The notes under the pieces were generated by a model. It saw nothing but the letters and a program-made list of their open reading frames with translations. It made no database searches and was not told where the DNA came from. A DNA stretch of 64,000 bases, from the NCBI GenBank assembly GCA_051362555.1, contig CM120640.1, positions 47,966,788-48,030,787 on the forward strand, in the 5' to 3' direction. Origin of the DNA: Lingula anatina (Eukaryota > Animalia > Brachiopoda). The first letter of the stretch is position 1, and the number at the start of each line of letters is the position of its first letter. This document shows positions 1 to 12,706 of the stretch, one piece after another. The translations under genes and the position numbers were made by a program.

Positions 1-2386
1 AACAGGTCTTTTTTCTTTACTAGGCTCTAATGGTGAAACTGTTTGGGTATACTGTATAGGAGTAGTGAAGGTAGACTTTTCTTCAGCAGAAAGTTTTGGG
101 GAAGAGGTTGTCAATTCAACAGTCACAGTAGAATTATTTCCATCTTGATTTTCTGAAGCAGGACTGGCATCTCCTTTAGTGGAGGTAGAACCCTGTAAAC
201 TAGAATGTTCCCTGAAGTGACCAGGATGGGAGGCAGATGCCACAGTTTTTGAAGTTTTTTTCACTGGACCATGACTACTTTCTTCTCGTGGTGCGATGGA
301 CCTCTGAAGGTGGTCTGCTCCACTGTGTGCATTCTCACCAAATATTGTGTGAATATGCGGGGCAGTAGACCCCGACTTCTTTTGTACTGATGTCAGAGAT
401 CCTCGTGGTGCTGTCCTGTGTATCACAGGAGAATTGGATGGTGTTCTTGAACTATATGCTACAGTCGTGTTTTTTACTCTTTTCGGTTGATATGGCACTC
501 TTGGACTATATGATTCAGTGATCTCATGTGGTATTCCAGGCCCTGGGGTTTTGGTGCTGTCAGTAGGACTTACAGGTTGTGGTAGTGACCCAGAATTACT
601 TGGAAGTCTTGCCCTGTGTGTTGGAGCATAAGCAACAGGAACTTTGGGTTTGTGAGACACGGTGGGTACTCTAAACTCCTGTGGCACTCTGGTACCATTT
701 TGTTCTCTAGCCTCATGTGGTCTGTTGGGGTATTTTGGTACATTAGGCTTGTTTGGCACTCTTTGATCATCTGAAGTATGAGGCTGGTGTGGTATATCTT
801 GGTCTTGCAGCGTTTTACCATCCAGTGGCTTTGTTGCATCAGAAGGTGCCTCTCTTCTCAGCAAGTGCCCCCTGTGCATTTCTGCACGTGCTGCCACACC
901 CCTCACATTGCCACGGACTGTCAGCTTTATCCACCTTGAGGTCTGAGGACTCTGTACACCCAAGGGATGCCAATCATAAAATTTTGCTAAAAATAGAATT
1001 AATAATAATAATAATACCAATAACTACAGAGCATGATTTAAAAACAGTGATTATCATTTGCCATTCTGTAATACATGCATGAAGTATATGACTTTCATAC
1101 AATATATAATATTTCTATGCCATTTAAAATTATTCAAATCATATTGCATTCAAGGGTTGTAGATATATTGTTTCAAAAGGAATTGTTTTAAACCTTAGAG
1201 TCCATAATTATAAAAAATGTCATATCACCATACAACATAGAGACCACTCCCACAGATATTTAGATCGATCTATCTCCCTCTGGGGTCTCACTAGATTGCT
1301 GTTAGCTTAACCGGCTTAAATGTCTGTCCAGCCTACTAAAAGCTGTAAGGGGGTAATTAACTTTTGTGCATAAAGCCCTCAGACACAATATCACCAATAA
1401 TGAAATAATTCTGGGCTAGCATACTATTTTAAGCTAAATGGCTGGATTTTTCACAGAAATCAAACCATAAATCAGCACAATGATAAACAGGAAAATATCT
1501 ATGACACTGTCAGTTTTTATTTATAGTAAATAATATACTGAACTAGTTAAATATCTATAAGCTAGTATGAGTCTATAGTTTATGTGCCAACTGTGAATTC
1601 TGGTCATCAGGAGTGACTGCTGGAAAGGCATGTTCCAGCCTCAGGCATTTACCCTCAAGGAACTTCCTAGGTTAATGGTGGAGACAATATTTTGGGTTTG
1701 ATCACATGTATGTGTGTATAGTTTTATATATAACAGGTGTGTTGGACTAAGTATGCTGTTCATGATGTACTTTCAGGTCCATCATAACACTTTCTCAGAA
1801 GATATCAAAATCAATTCACCTACGCTTCAAAAAAAAAAAAAAAAAAAAAAAAGCCAGTACCAAAGTGAGAAAAAAAAAATGTCTGCATTTCTAAAGCACA
1901 TAAAGGTTTTTGTGTAACAAAGTATAGTAACTCAAAATTCTAAAAAATCCATGTCCAGTGACCTGCCAAAAAAATACTACTATTGATTCAAAGAGCAAAT
2001 TCCTATTAATTTGTTTTATATATGCCATAATATAGCAGGGTGCAACTTAGTTAAAAATGCCTTGAACAAGACATGCGAATTTCATGTGTCTAACTTTTTT
2101 AATAGATCTAGAGGACTGTTTAAAAAGGATCTTGCACATAAAGTGCACATATAAAATGTTGGTACGATAAAAGACATGGTGTGTATATGGACAGATTAAG
2201 CAGAATTACCAGAATTACTTTAAGCAGAATTACTTTAAGAATATGCAGAGTCTGGCACAATCAATCTATTTCTTTGATAAAAAGATTCTTACCATAAGTG
2301 CCTGCCACAGTCTCACACTTCCCCAGGGTCAACAAAATACACACGAGGGTTGCCCCAATGATGTACAGAAAAAGGTGTCTGTACAT
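1..2386 (-). CDS. Secreted or membrane Pro/Ser/Thr-rich (mucin-like) protein, N-terminal part; coding exons 2386-2293 and 986-<1; runs off the left edge
   Basis: Exon 1 encodes MYRHLFLYIIGATLVCILLTLGKCETVAGTY (signal-peptide-like) and ends G|gtaag (phase 1). Exon 2 starts after ttctatttttag at 986 in matching phase and stays open for about 328 codons to base 1 (AKFYDWHPLGVQSPQTSRW...HLLRREAPSDATKP...PIQYTQTVSPLEPSKKKRPV). It is absent from the ORF track because it has no stop inside the window. Confidence 0.8.
1241..1370 (+). mobile_element. Truncated copy of a ~220-bp non-autonomous DNA element (same family as 26265-26480 and 53061-53288)
   Basis: Shares tagatcgatctatc...gtctcactagatt...aagctgtaagggggtaattaact with the other two copies. 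Confidence 0.8.
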
Positions 2387-2679
2387 TTTGGCTTACAAAG
2401 CCACATCTACAATGGCATGCTTCTCCAAGTGAAATATGAGGCAAGGCAGTAGTAACATTGCTGGAGGCCATACAGTAAGGGCATAAAACTGGTCTGGTAT
2501 GGGTACATGCTGTCATTAAATGGGTGCTCAACTGGGGAAATCTGCTCTGTGACAAGACACATTTTAACGTAAGCTATATTGAGCAAACAATGGGTAATTC
2601 TGCAATGTGACAATTAATATTTAATATTTCTCATTACAATATTTTAATAGCTCGATTAAAAAAATTCTCACCCTGCATT

Positions 2680-5600
2680 TCAAAACTTGAAAATATCCTT
2701 CATTTCCCATCCGACTTTTTTAAGGTGGTTGATCATATCTTTGTCAAAAGACTTGGTTCCACAGATCAGGACTTGGCCTGTCTCAGTTAATGGCACCATC
2801 TGGGAAACTAATGTGGAATTAAGTCTTCCAAGATGCACTGTATCATTGTATTTCTTTACTTGGATTACATTTTCTTGAGTGTCCTAAAAGAAGATGATAC
2901 CTACTAAGCATAAGCACAACTGGTACCCTTATTACTATTTTCCCTCTTTCTTTTTTATATTAATAATATTTTAACAGTTGAGTTAGAAAATAAATAACAT
3001 CAAAATGGTTACAAAAGAATATAAAAGGCAAATGATGCCTTGGAAGCAACCCTATGTGCAGCACCATAAAATGTTCTATTAATCACTTATAGTTATACTA
3101 TTACTAAAAACATTCATCATCTAAAGAGGAAAAAAATTTGGTTGGCAAACAGATTTTGAATTCAATAGTTTTCTATAATGATCATCAACAATTAAACAAT
3201 TGTTTTTATTCAGATCACTATATAAACATACGGTAAAGTGCCATGAATTTCGAACGGCTCTTGAATTTCGAACGATCTTAAAATCGGCCGTCTGGAGTTT
3301 TTTCTGGACCATGAATTTCGGCCAGTAAGCAATTTTGCGCGATCTTGATTTCGCGAATTTCGTACACCTTAAAATCGGCCACCGGGCTATTCTCGCGCTT
3401 ATAAAGATCTAACAGTCGGCAATGTTGCCCTAGCGTACCTTTACCTGAGTACTACGCGTGCGACCCAAGGTGCAAGATAACGATCAGTACAGTTAGTTTA
3501 GGACGCTAAACAACATCGTCATATCCATTCATTCAGATAACAGGAGAATCTATTAAGAGTTGTACTGTCGGGCTGTTGTTTCTTTACCGCAGTATTCGGT
3601 TTGAGATAGCGATCGGTAGTTTTGCTGAGGCGCACAATAGCATTGTTAACAGTATAGACTTCAGTAATAGAACAAAAGAGCAATATTAAAAGCTGCAATA
3701 AAGATTACCATTATTGCTTTCTTGTCTCGCTCAGATCGTTCACGATCTCCCGCTGACGATCTTCCGCTAATGAAGTCACTTGAAATGTACAAATGAAATG
3801 TAAAATATTTTAAAAAATTATAAATTCCAATGGGGAGGGATGGAGGGTTACAAACAATCGAGAACGATCTCCGGCTGACGATCTTCCGCAAACGAAATCC
3901 ACTGAACGAGTATGAGCTTTCTCGTTTCACTAGGATTGCGACGCTGACGATACGAAAATTGCGTTCTCGTCTCGCCCTTTGGCTTACGAAGTCTCTTTAA
4001 CAAATATGAAAAATGCCTCCTGGTCTCTCTCGGATTGCGAACGATCTCTCGCTGAAAATTTGAAATTTTCCTTTTTGTCAATCAGCTTTGTCAGTTGCCG
4101 TGCGTGTGAAGGTCCGGAAGGTGTCCCCTTTCACAAATTGGCCTGTAGTTTGCTTAGTGTTTTGTACCGCATGAAGGTCACTCTTGTCACTGCTGCATAC
4201 GGCGTGGAATGTGTATCTTAAAGTTCATAGAAACATTTTATTGTGTTTTGTAAGCTTTAGGAAGTATTTTCGTCGTGACTGAATATCAGCGTACACTACA
4301 AAGTAGTACCATTCATCTGTGACGCATCATAAAAGCTAGGTACGTCAAATTACTCTAAGAAAATTTCTTACAACGTCCACGGCTTTCCCGACAAGCCAAG
4401 ACGTCATTAAAAAAAAAGTCGCAAGCCGTCTAGCCGTCTTTGAAAATACAGGCCGTCCGGTGATGTCAGCGGCCGTCCAAATGACGGCTGGACGGTTCGC
4501 TGGGAAAAGCCTTGCTCATAAGGGTATATTTATTTAACTAGGGGCTTACTGACATCACCCAGCTTACATGCGGGTGCATGCCTCCCAAAATTATATTAAA
4601 GGATAAAATTGTAATATATCTAAGTTTAATTGTTCGTAAATTTTGTAAAAATTGCCCATGCCACCCCGTTAGTTTGGAGGGTTAAGCTGGATCAAGTCCG
4701 TGTCAAAATTCTTTGAAACTTTGCAGGAAAAATCAATCTTCCTTTGTTTCTTGTTTCGCCCGATGATCAGATTTATCTAGTGCACCCAGGTCTGCTGGAG
4801 CAGCTCTTTGAAAATAACACACAGGTAGATTTTTATCTGAGATAAATATCGCGTTCGATACACTCAAGACAAAAGCTACCTGTGAGCTGAAGGGCACTTT
4901 ACCCTCTAATTAAGAGGTAAAGCAAGTTCCAGCTAGATGGACTATTAAGATTGGACTTCAGATGGTAAGGAGCAGTTCTGTGAAAGCAAACGAGAAGGGT
5001 GTCAGAACAATGGTGGATATATAAATTATACAGAGAATTTGTACATTCAGGTGACGTTAACTTATAATCGAAGGGGATTTTCGATAATATTCCTTGAAAA
5101 GTACACTAGATTTATAGAGAATAATATCATGGTTGGCCAAAAAATTATATACGCACAGTGTATCCGTGCGTATGCCTGGTTACGCCCCTGTCGCAAACCA
5201 GCAAACCATATCCTGCTGACTACATGAAAATTGCCTTCTAGCATGGACAAAAAGTCCAAGCTTCTATGCTTGCTCGGATCGCTGACGATCTCTTGCTGAC
5301 GAATATAGTAACGAAGTCCCTTGAACTAGTGTGGAAATTGGCTTAATGTCGCGCTCAGATCGCTCACTATCTCCCATTGACGATCTTCCAGTCCCTTGAA
5401 CGAATATAAAAACTTCCTTTTCGGTTTACTATAGATTACCTATCTCTCGCGTTTGTTTGAAGATGGTTTCAATGACAAAATGGTTTCAATGACAAAACGT
5501 ACACGCTTTTCAAATGCGTACATTGATGCAACTATGCGCCAGGAAATCAGTTGCTGCTGCTGGTTAAGATTGGGTTGCCTGAGCGAAAAAAAAAAAAAAA

Positions 5601-8510
5601 AAAAAAACGGCCCTGCACCCCCCCCCCCAAACCTAGTATATTTGATCGCAGACAACAATCAGCGGTCATCTTGGCCGATCTGCGGTCGTAGTAGCCTCCC
5701 CGCACGGAGGAGAGGCCGTAGTGCCGAGGCCGGCTTCTGCAGGGAAGGCTACGTATGCGTCGGAGACACCGACCCGCGAACGGCGAGATGAGGACGCATT
5801 CGCTCGTAAATCTCCGCCCGACTTTAACGGTAAAGGCAACGAACCTGGTCGCGGAAGACACTTATCGCAGATGAAGGCTACCTGCACGTGCGCCATAGAC
5901 ACTGATCGGCTGTCGTCTTGGTTTCAGTGCACGGAAAGGAGCAACGGTAACACTTAGCTTCCATAGTAAAGGTTATCTGGCCGTGGCAGACGCTAATCGT
6001 CGGCCGTCTCTCCCTCCGTCCACTCCCGTTCTGAGCGCCAGGATCGTTTTTGAAAAACGACACTAGTTTCTGGCTGCCAGAATCGCTTTTGAAAAACGAC
6101 ACTACTGATAACGATGCTGTTTTGCGGCCCTAGACAACAGTACCGCTCTACCTATTTGCCATACACAGTGATCGGGTGAAAGTACGTGTATACCTTTGGT
6201 CGCAATTACCGACACTCACACATCATATATTATGGTAACTCTAAATAGATCGTCGGGAGAAGATAACAGAAGGCCTAGCGACGAACAGACAACTTCCGGT
6301 CAAAATTGACAGAATTCCATGAAATTCGAACTTTCAGAAGTCCTGAGCACCTCCATTTCATGAATTTCGGCCAGAACGATCTTTTCCCAAATTTAATTAT
6401 TTTCTACTGTTCGAAATTCATGGCACATTACCGTATTTTGAATACTGTCTCAACTGCCAATAAGAACCTCCAGGTATGATATGATCCACTATAATTTGTA
6501 CTTATAAACAAGAAAAGCTAAATATTTTACAAAATGACATTATAAATACATGGAAAACATTTCATTTTGGCCAATCAAATTTTCCTTGCTGTGCCTGTAA
6601 GAAACACATAAAGTCAATCATAAATGACATCATAAACTTACTTGACTTAAAACATATTGCACAGAGAAGTTCCAGTAACCTGACCACTGGTCAAGCTGCT
6701 CCTTCATCAGTATGTCTTCATACGTTCTACAGGCATATACCAGACTGATCAGTGTCTCATCATCTTCATTCTCTAGTATCACTCTGATCACCTGAGTCAT
6801 TGGGGCTATCCCTGTGCCTGCAGCTAGCATTATTATTTTACTAAACTAAAGAATAAATAAAAAAGGTACGCATTACCTTAAGGAGAGTCATAGATGGAAA
6901 CATTCAGTACCAAAGTGTCCATTTACATAAACTTTCATGTCACATTCATTCACAAGGCATTTCTGAAAGCAATTTTTCCCAATCTCCACAATAACAACTA
7001 AAACTTGCAGATATTAATTAAATCTTTAATATCCAAACACTTAAATTCTGTTTAGTTTTCATACTTGTTGGACTGAAAGAATTCAATGAACTCTAAATCC
7101 AAAGTGATATTTCCACTGAGGATTTAAGTGTAAAAAAAAAAAAACATTTAAATGTTACCATCAACCATTCTTTCTGGAGAAGATATAATGAAAAACTCAC
7201 AACATTAGGCACATACTGCAATAACCCAAAGGGTCCTCTCCACTGTATAAGGTCCCCTTCTTTCCATGACCTTATACACTGTGACATCTGCCCACCTGGG
7301 TACAACTTGATTAATACATCAAAATATCCCTGTGCAGTTAGCTCACTCACTGGTGTATACTGTCTGGTAATTGTCTGATTGTTTATGCTCCCCCTGTAAA
7401 ATGATCAGTACACAGATATTTTAACTTACTTCAAATGCTGTAAGTTTATCTTATATAAAAATGTTAAGTGTCCAAATACCATGATACAGCATTAAAAGAT
7501 GCTGCTTACTGATATGTGCAAAAACTGCACCTGTGCATACAATTGTTTATGTTCATTACGTCAAATCAAATTTTAAAATGGTTCTTGTTGCAAATAAAAT
7601 GTATTGCTCAATTGACAGAATGAGTTTTTAATATTAAAATAATCCAATCTGCTTTATATGTAACATACCAAAGGCATATGTATTAGTATATTAGTGTATA
7701 TGACGTGTATGACAAGCTGATTACCTTAACACAATATGCTGTCCAGCTTTCAAACCAAGTCGTGCACCTCCTGGGATGTCAAATCTGTACATGAAAGTGT
7801 CCCTAGTCACTGGTTTGATACTGGTCAGCTTAAATCCTAAATATTTCTCTGGACAAAGAACCTAAAACAAGCAATATTCCCTGACATTTATTCAAAAATA
7901 GAATTAGAATATTTTGGTCGATTTTTCAGAAGCACTCCAGAACTTGAACAAAAACATCATTCTGTAACTTACACCTGAAAACAAAATTTATAAAATCTTT
8001 GACAAAAAATGTCAGGGCTAAATCTTAACTTCATAAATCTCTTTGATTCTGAAATATGTTTTAATACTTGTCAAAACAGTAAACCCATCTATTTTGCAGT
8101 AAAAAAACACATGATGTTTTTACATGCACACTAAAATCCCAATAAAAAACACACAAAAAAATTGATTTGCAATATTCTGCACGTGAGAAAAAAATTCATA
8201 CGCACAAAACAGTTTAAATTTTCATCTGTACCTCTTGATCACAAATCTCTTTGCCTCCTTGTCGAATCTTTCTGCACTCCTCTTTCCAAAGCTTTAACTC
8301 TTGTTCATACAGGTCAAACACACATGGAATACAGCCTGAGCCACAGCAGTCACTGGCCAGGGGCTCTACAGGCCTCTCAGGATACTGGTCAGTCTTATTC
8401 TTTTCTGATACAAGTAGTCTTTCTGGACATTGGTCACTCTGGTCGATATCATCTATTTCTTTTTCAAGGGTCCTATCACAACACTGGTCATCTTGGCCAG
8501 TGAAGTCCAT
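2680..8510 (-). CDS. CYB5RL: NADH-cytochrome b5 reductase-like protein; exons 8510-8232, 7861-7725, 7393-7201, 6845-6642, 2883-2680
   Basis: N-terminal oxidoreductase-like motif PERPVEPLASDCCGSGCIPCVFDLYE; FAD-binding GLKAGQHIVLR, RQYTPVS, IKLYPGGQMS and RGPFG; NAD-binding MLAAGTGIAPM; C-terminal LICGTKSFDKDM...DIFKF-stop. All introns are GT-AG with consistent phases. Confidence 0.93.
3231..6433. mobile_element. 3.2-kb non-autonomous DNA transposon (Tc1/mariner-type TA target) in the last CYB5RL intron
   Basis: TIRs CGGTAAAGTGCCATGAATTTCGAAC / GTTCGAAATTCATGGCACATTACCG flanked by TA on both sides. The ccatgaatttcg motif recurs subterminally at both ends. The interior is CpG-rich against a CpG-depleted host gene. 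No transposase ORF was recognised. Confidence 0.85.
4378..4513. mobile_element. Small palindromic MITE-like insert nested in the 3.2-kb element
   Basis: Imperfect inverted ends cacggctttccc...gacgtcatt and aatgacggc...gggaaaagccttg; no clear TSD. Confidence 0.5.
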
Positions 8511-9010
8511 TTCACCATTATATTGTTACCTAGCCCAGAAAAAGGTTTTGAAGTCACCACACATAATGATAACTGATTTTGTATATTAACCACCTACACT
8601 GACATTCATTTTCATCATTCTGTACATCTGTGCAGCATCAGCTGGGTAGTTCATTTTTTAGATCACCAGATTTTCCTCTTTAAAAATCTGCTTTCATATG
8701 TCAGTAATATTGTTCCTGTGAATATTACACACAATGGGTCTTCCTCAAAACAGATGGTGTTCTTGGTAAGATGGGAGAATTTTATTTTATTTTATTTTTG
8801 TGGGTTTGCAATTCCGGATAATCGGGAGTTCTTGAAAATATGAAAACATTTATTAAACTTTTTTACATTTTTACTTTAAAAATGCATTAAACAAAATCTA
8901 TCATAAAAAAACTTGAAAAACAACAGCCTCTTAGCTAAAGGAAAACTAATCCTGGAATTCATTAATGTATCAAAATGTACTATTTATTTATTTATTTAAA
9001 ATGCTCTTAC

Positions 9011-9547
9011 TGTTTATTAATTGCATGTGGTTTGGACTTCTCCATTGGCATATTATACTGCATACAAGTCCACCAGGAGAAGCCGTCTTCCACCTTACAC
9101 TTGTTTTGGTCCTGTTGTGCTACTGAACTGTTGGTACCGCTGGGTTGTTGAGAGGGCTCTGATTCTAGTTTTCTCTTTCTTGACAATCCTAATATATAAA
9201 AAAACTTAAAAACTAAATAATATACAGGGTGTGCACTCCTAATGAACACCACAGCTAACGATATGATGTGTAAACGAACGCGCGCACAAGTGTATTGGGG
9301 AGGGGGTATAAGGTTGGTGGTGCTGGTTGTTGCCATATGTCGATGAAACTTTTTGAAAGTTACGAGACTTCGAGTTGGCATATTTAACCTGCTGGATTAT
9401 TTAAAATGATTTGAATATTACAGAATGATGATCTTCTATATCAACAAAGTATTATCCCCTTACCCAACTTCCAGTCAATTACTTGTAATATATCGGTAAC
9501 TCACCGGAATTATTGAGCTTGTCGACCTCCTTGCTGCCATCCATCAT
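9011..9547 (-). CDS. Candidate 74-aa small protein or upstream ORF on the first two exons (9547-9505, 9188-9011) of the CYB5RL-side transcript
   Basis: aacATG start, then MMDGSKEVDKLNNS, G|gtgagt donor, phase-matched acceptor giving GLSRKRKLESEPSQQPSG...GFSWWTCMQYNMPMEKSKPHAINK, and a CA|gtaag donor. It ends Q-stop whether left unspliced or spliced to the acceptor near 8530. Confidence 0.5.
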
Positions 9548-9925
9548 GTTGTTATCAGCAACTCTTTTCAAATGAGAGACTCGTTTCGATAAAAACGATA
9601 GAGAACAATCTCCGTGCGATGGCCATTCTTCGAGGGAAAATTGAGGTGTTTGTTTTTAATAAAAAATTGTGTTGTAATCTTTATACATTTAAAATACAGA
9701 CTAATTATATAAAAAATATTGTCTTTTCAGTGTAATAATGCTTCCATAATTTGAAATAAATATTAAGAATAATTTTAACGTTTGCCTGTTCTGTTCGGTT
9801 CAAGACGCCGCATAAATGTGAACCTAGTCAATATGGCTGCGCCCACAAGTATCACGTTTCGAAGCTTAACATTATTTCTCGGCGACGTTTAAAGTCTTAT
9901 TCGAGCGGTCAAGGTATCAGTGAAA
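9548..9925. promoter_or_regulatory. Divergent (bidirectional) promoter between the CYB5RL-side transcript and SETD9
   Basis: Head-to-head ATGs 378 bp apart; local CpG enrichment; YY1-like AATATGGCTGCGCCC near 9830-9844. Confidence 0.65.
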
Positions 9926-12706
9926 ATGCTTAAGAAACTTGCAACAATGTGGCATCAGTACAAATATAGGTTTGTCCCTTGGATTGCGGTAAACTTGAGG
10001 AACAGGTACTAACTATGTATGATGTTTTTGATAAACCTCGGTACTTTACCAAATACTACTGTACTGTGACATTTTAAGCGGGCGAAATAATTTAGAGCCC
10101 CTAACAAACTTATGAGATTCAGTTATCTTATGTCCGAAGTTGATTGCTCCCTACAAAAAGCAAAATAAGTATATTATAATAATTTAAAAATGTTATTATC
10201 GTTATTAAAAAACGAGAGAGTTTGGTCAATCTAAATCATGTTCAGTGGTCTAAAGGTTCATTGGTAAAAAAAGTGAATAAACGAAATAAAATTAAGAAAA
10301 CGAAGGTGGTTGAAAACTCCTTACAATGTCGGGTATAGTATAGAATATCAGAGTACAGTACATGTATTTTGTGACAAAATGTTAAAAGAAGTAGAAAGCA
10401 TTTTGATAATTTATGGTCTTTATTTGCTATATCTAATTAATTGATTTACAAATATGCCATATGCATTAAGCTACATTTTAATGTGTTCAAAGTTCAGGAG
10501 AAGCAATATTTTATTTAATGGGTTGTTTTAATATATTGGAATGTCTCATGATTGCCAGTGGTTTTCTGTTTCAGAAAATTAAGAAGTGTTCCAAAAGGAT
10601 TATCGGATAAAGTAATTACAGATGAAGTGTTGCAAGAATGCATAGTGAGATTTTTCACTGCTTTGAACAGTGTAAATGAGTGCAATAGATTAAGTGATAT
10701 TAATCAGCAAATTTTAGAGACTGGAAAACATTATTCTGATAACATGAGAATGAATGACCTCTCAAAAGAAAGTAATTGTAACAAAAATGACAATCTTTTA
10801 CTGACAAAATTTGAAAGCATTGTGAAAAATGAAGAAAACGTGGACATCACTGTTTTATATAAGAGAAATCTGAAAATCATGAAGACAGTTTTAGGATTTT
10901 CCATTGAAAGAACGGCAAGTTATCTAAAAGATGGTGGCTATGGGGTTCAAGTCACGGATGGGACAGTCCCAAAAGGAACTGTTGTGGCACTATATCCAGG
11001 TCAGCAGATATATGTATTGAAACAAATAAATAATTTAAATGTATCTGCAGGGCTAGATCCCATGTACTAGCATCAGATCCTCTATCCTACCAGTTGTTCT
11101 GATTGCACATTTATTTGATGAGAGGGAAGAATTCAATCAGAAATGCTTCTAATGGTTTCTTTATATCTAATAACTAGTGGGTGTTCTGATTTGAAAATTC
11201 ATATTTATGTATTGACAGGGATCTTATTGCTCAGTTTTCTGTTTGCTTTCAGGAACAATTTATGAACCTTTTGAGCCAATCTTCTTCCAGTCTCTCCATA
11301 ATCAGTTTATATTCCGTTGTATTGATGGGGTATATATTGATGGTAATGACAGGGGAATTTCTAAGATGATATACAGGTTGGTATACACTGTTGAATTTAC
11401 TTAACAAAATATTTAGAATACACATGAAATTATGCAAAAGAGCAAGTACAATCCAAAGGGAGTACTTCATATTTCACAATGTTAACAGTGTGATAGAATA
11501 TCAGTTAGGTATGTATAACTTTCCTATATGTATTTTATTGAAGAAGCACATAAAAAGGAACAAATTAAGACACTGAAAAAATTATATTTATGTATTTTCT
11601 TTACAAAGAAACAAGTGTGGCTTCAACTGCCCTGTTTTTAAATAAAATTACTTGTTAGTATAGTGATGGCTTTGCAGGATGTATTTTTCTGATATCTTTT
11701 TAGATCTTCAGCATTCAGAGACCGTCTAAGTCTTGAGAGTACATATGACCTGACGTGGTTAACCCAGTATCTTGTCAATCCAATGGCAGTAGGACAGTAT
11801 GTAAATAATCAGTGTAATGGTGAGGTTTTCCTCTTTTATTAGAAATATGTGTTTTTACACATAGTTTAAAATATCAGGAATTTGTACAACCAGCCAATAT
11901 AAAGAACAGTAGTTTCATACAGTAACTTGGTAACATTCTCATGAAATTGAAGTATTTTTAAGTATGAATGAATTAAAAATAATAATAGTTAATATTTTTT
12001 CTGACAGTAAATGATAATTGCCTTTGAAATGATATATGGATGAATTGCTTATTTAAAAACATGCTTTGACGTACAAACTTACTTTGTTTCGTGTCATTGT
12101 TTATGTTGATTTTGTTTTAATAACCAGAGTATCCTGCAAATGTTGCCTACCAGGAATTTGAAATCACCAATTCTTTCCCTCATTCTTTGAGAAAGTATCT
12201 GCCAAATGTCCATTACAGTCCCTATAGTATGGAAAGCCACATGTCAGAAAGGTATGCTTTGAAAGAGAGTAGATAATTTTGTGGATTTTACTTCTCCATG
12301 ATTTTTTATTAAAATGTAGATTTGACAGAATAATGTTCAGGTTATCATATCTTGATAATTTTCATGTGTTATTTTTGGCTGTTACAGAAAAATGCTGACA
12401 GTACACCTGCAATCTAGCCATGTGTTTAATGGTGAAAATGCTACACGATAAATCACACATGTAATTCAGTTGGTTTCTTAGTCATTCTACATAGGTTTTT
12501 GCAAGGAAAATTTTGCATTTAAATAAGAGGTTAAAAATAATTATCTTTTGTTGAGCTATCTATATTTCACTATAATGGCTATATCCACTTAATATATATA
12601 TATTCTTAATTTCAGAAATTTAAGAGTTGTGGCATTGATATCTCTGCGAGAAATTCAAAAGGGAGAAGAATTATTTTCATCGTATTTCACGGTGGTACAT
12701 TCATAA
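9926..12706 (+). CDS. SETD9: SET domain-containing protein 9; exons 9926-10005, 10575-10999, 11253-11376, 11704-11819, 12128-12251, 12616-12706
   Basis: Diagnostic N-terminus YKYRFVPWIAVNL; GYGVQVTDGTVPKGTVVALYPGTIY; PIFFQSLHNQFIFRCIDGVYIDGNDRGISK; NPMAVGQYVNN; PANVAYQEF; LRVVALISLREIQKGEELFSSYFTVVHS-stop. GT-AG introns with consistent phases. Confidence 0.95.

Noticed and set aside
570-1082. ORFs 570-839 (-) and 753-1082 (+)
   Set aside because: Alternative-frame or antisense shadows of the long open mucin-like exon.
4840-4965. Possible captured exon ending cagatg|gtaag inside the transposon
   Set aside because: No sustained open frame or recognisable peptide.
3661-6102. Cluster of 60-112 aa ORFs as a possible transposase
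   Set aside because: No DDE/D, HTH or other recognisable motif; explained by higher GC content and homopolymer runs.
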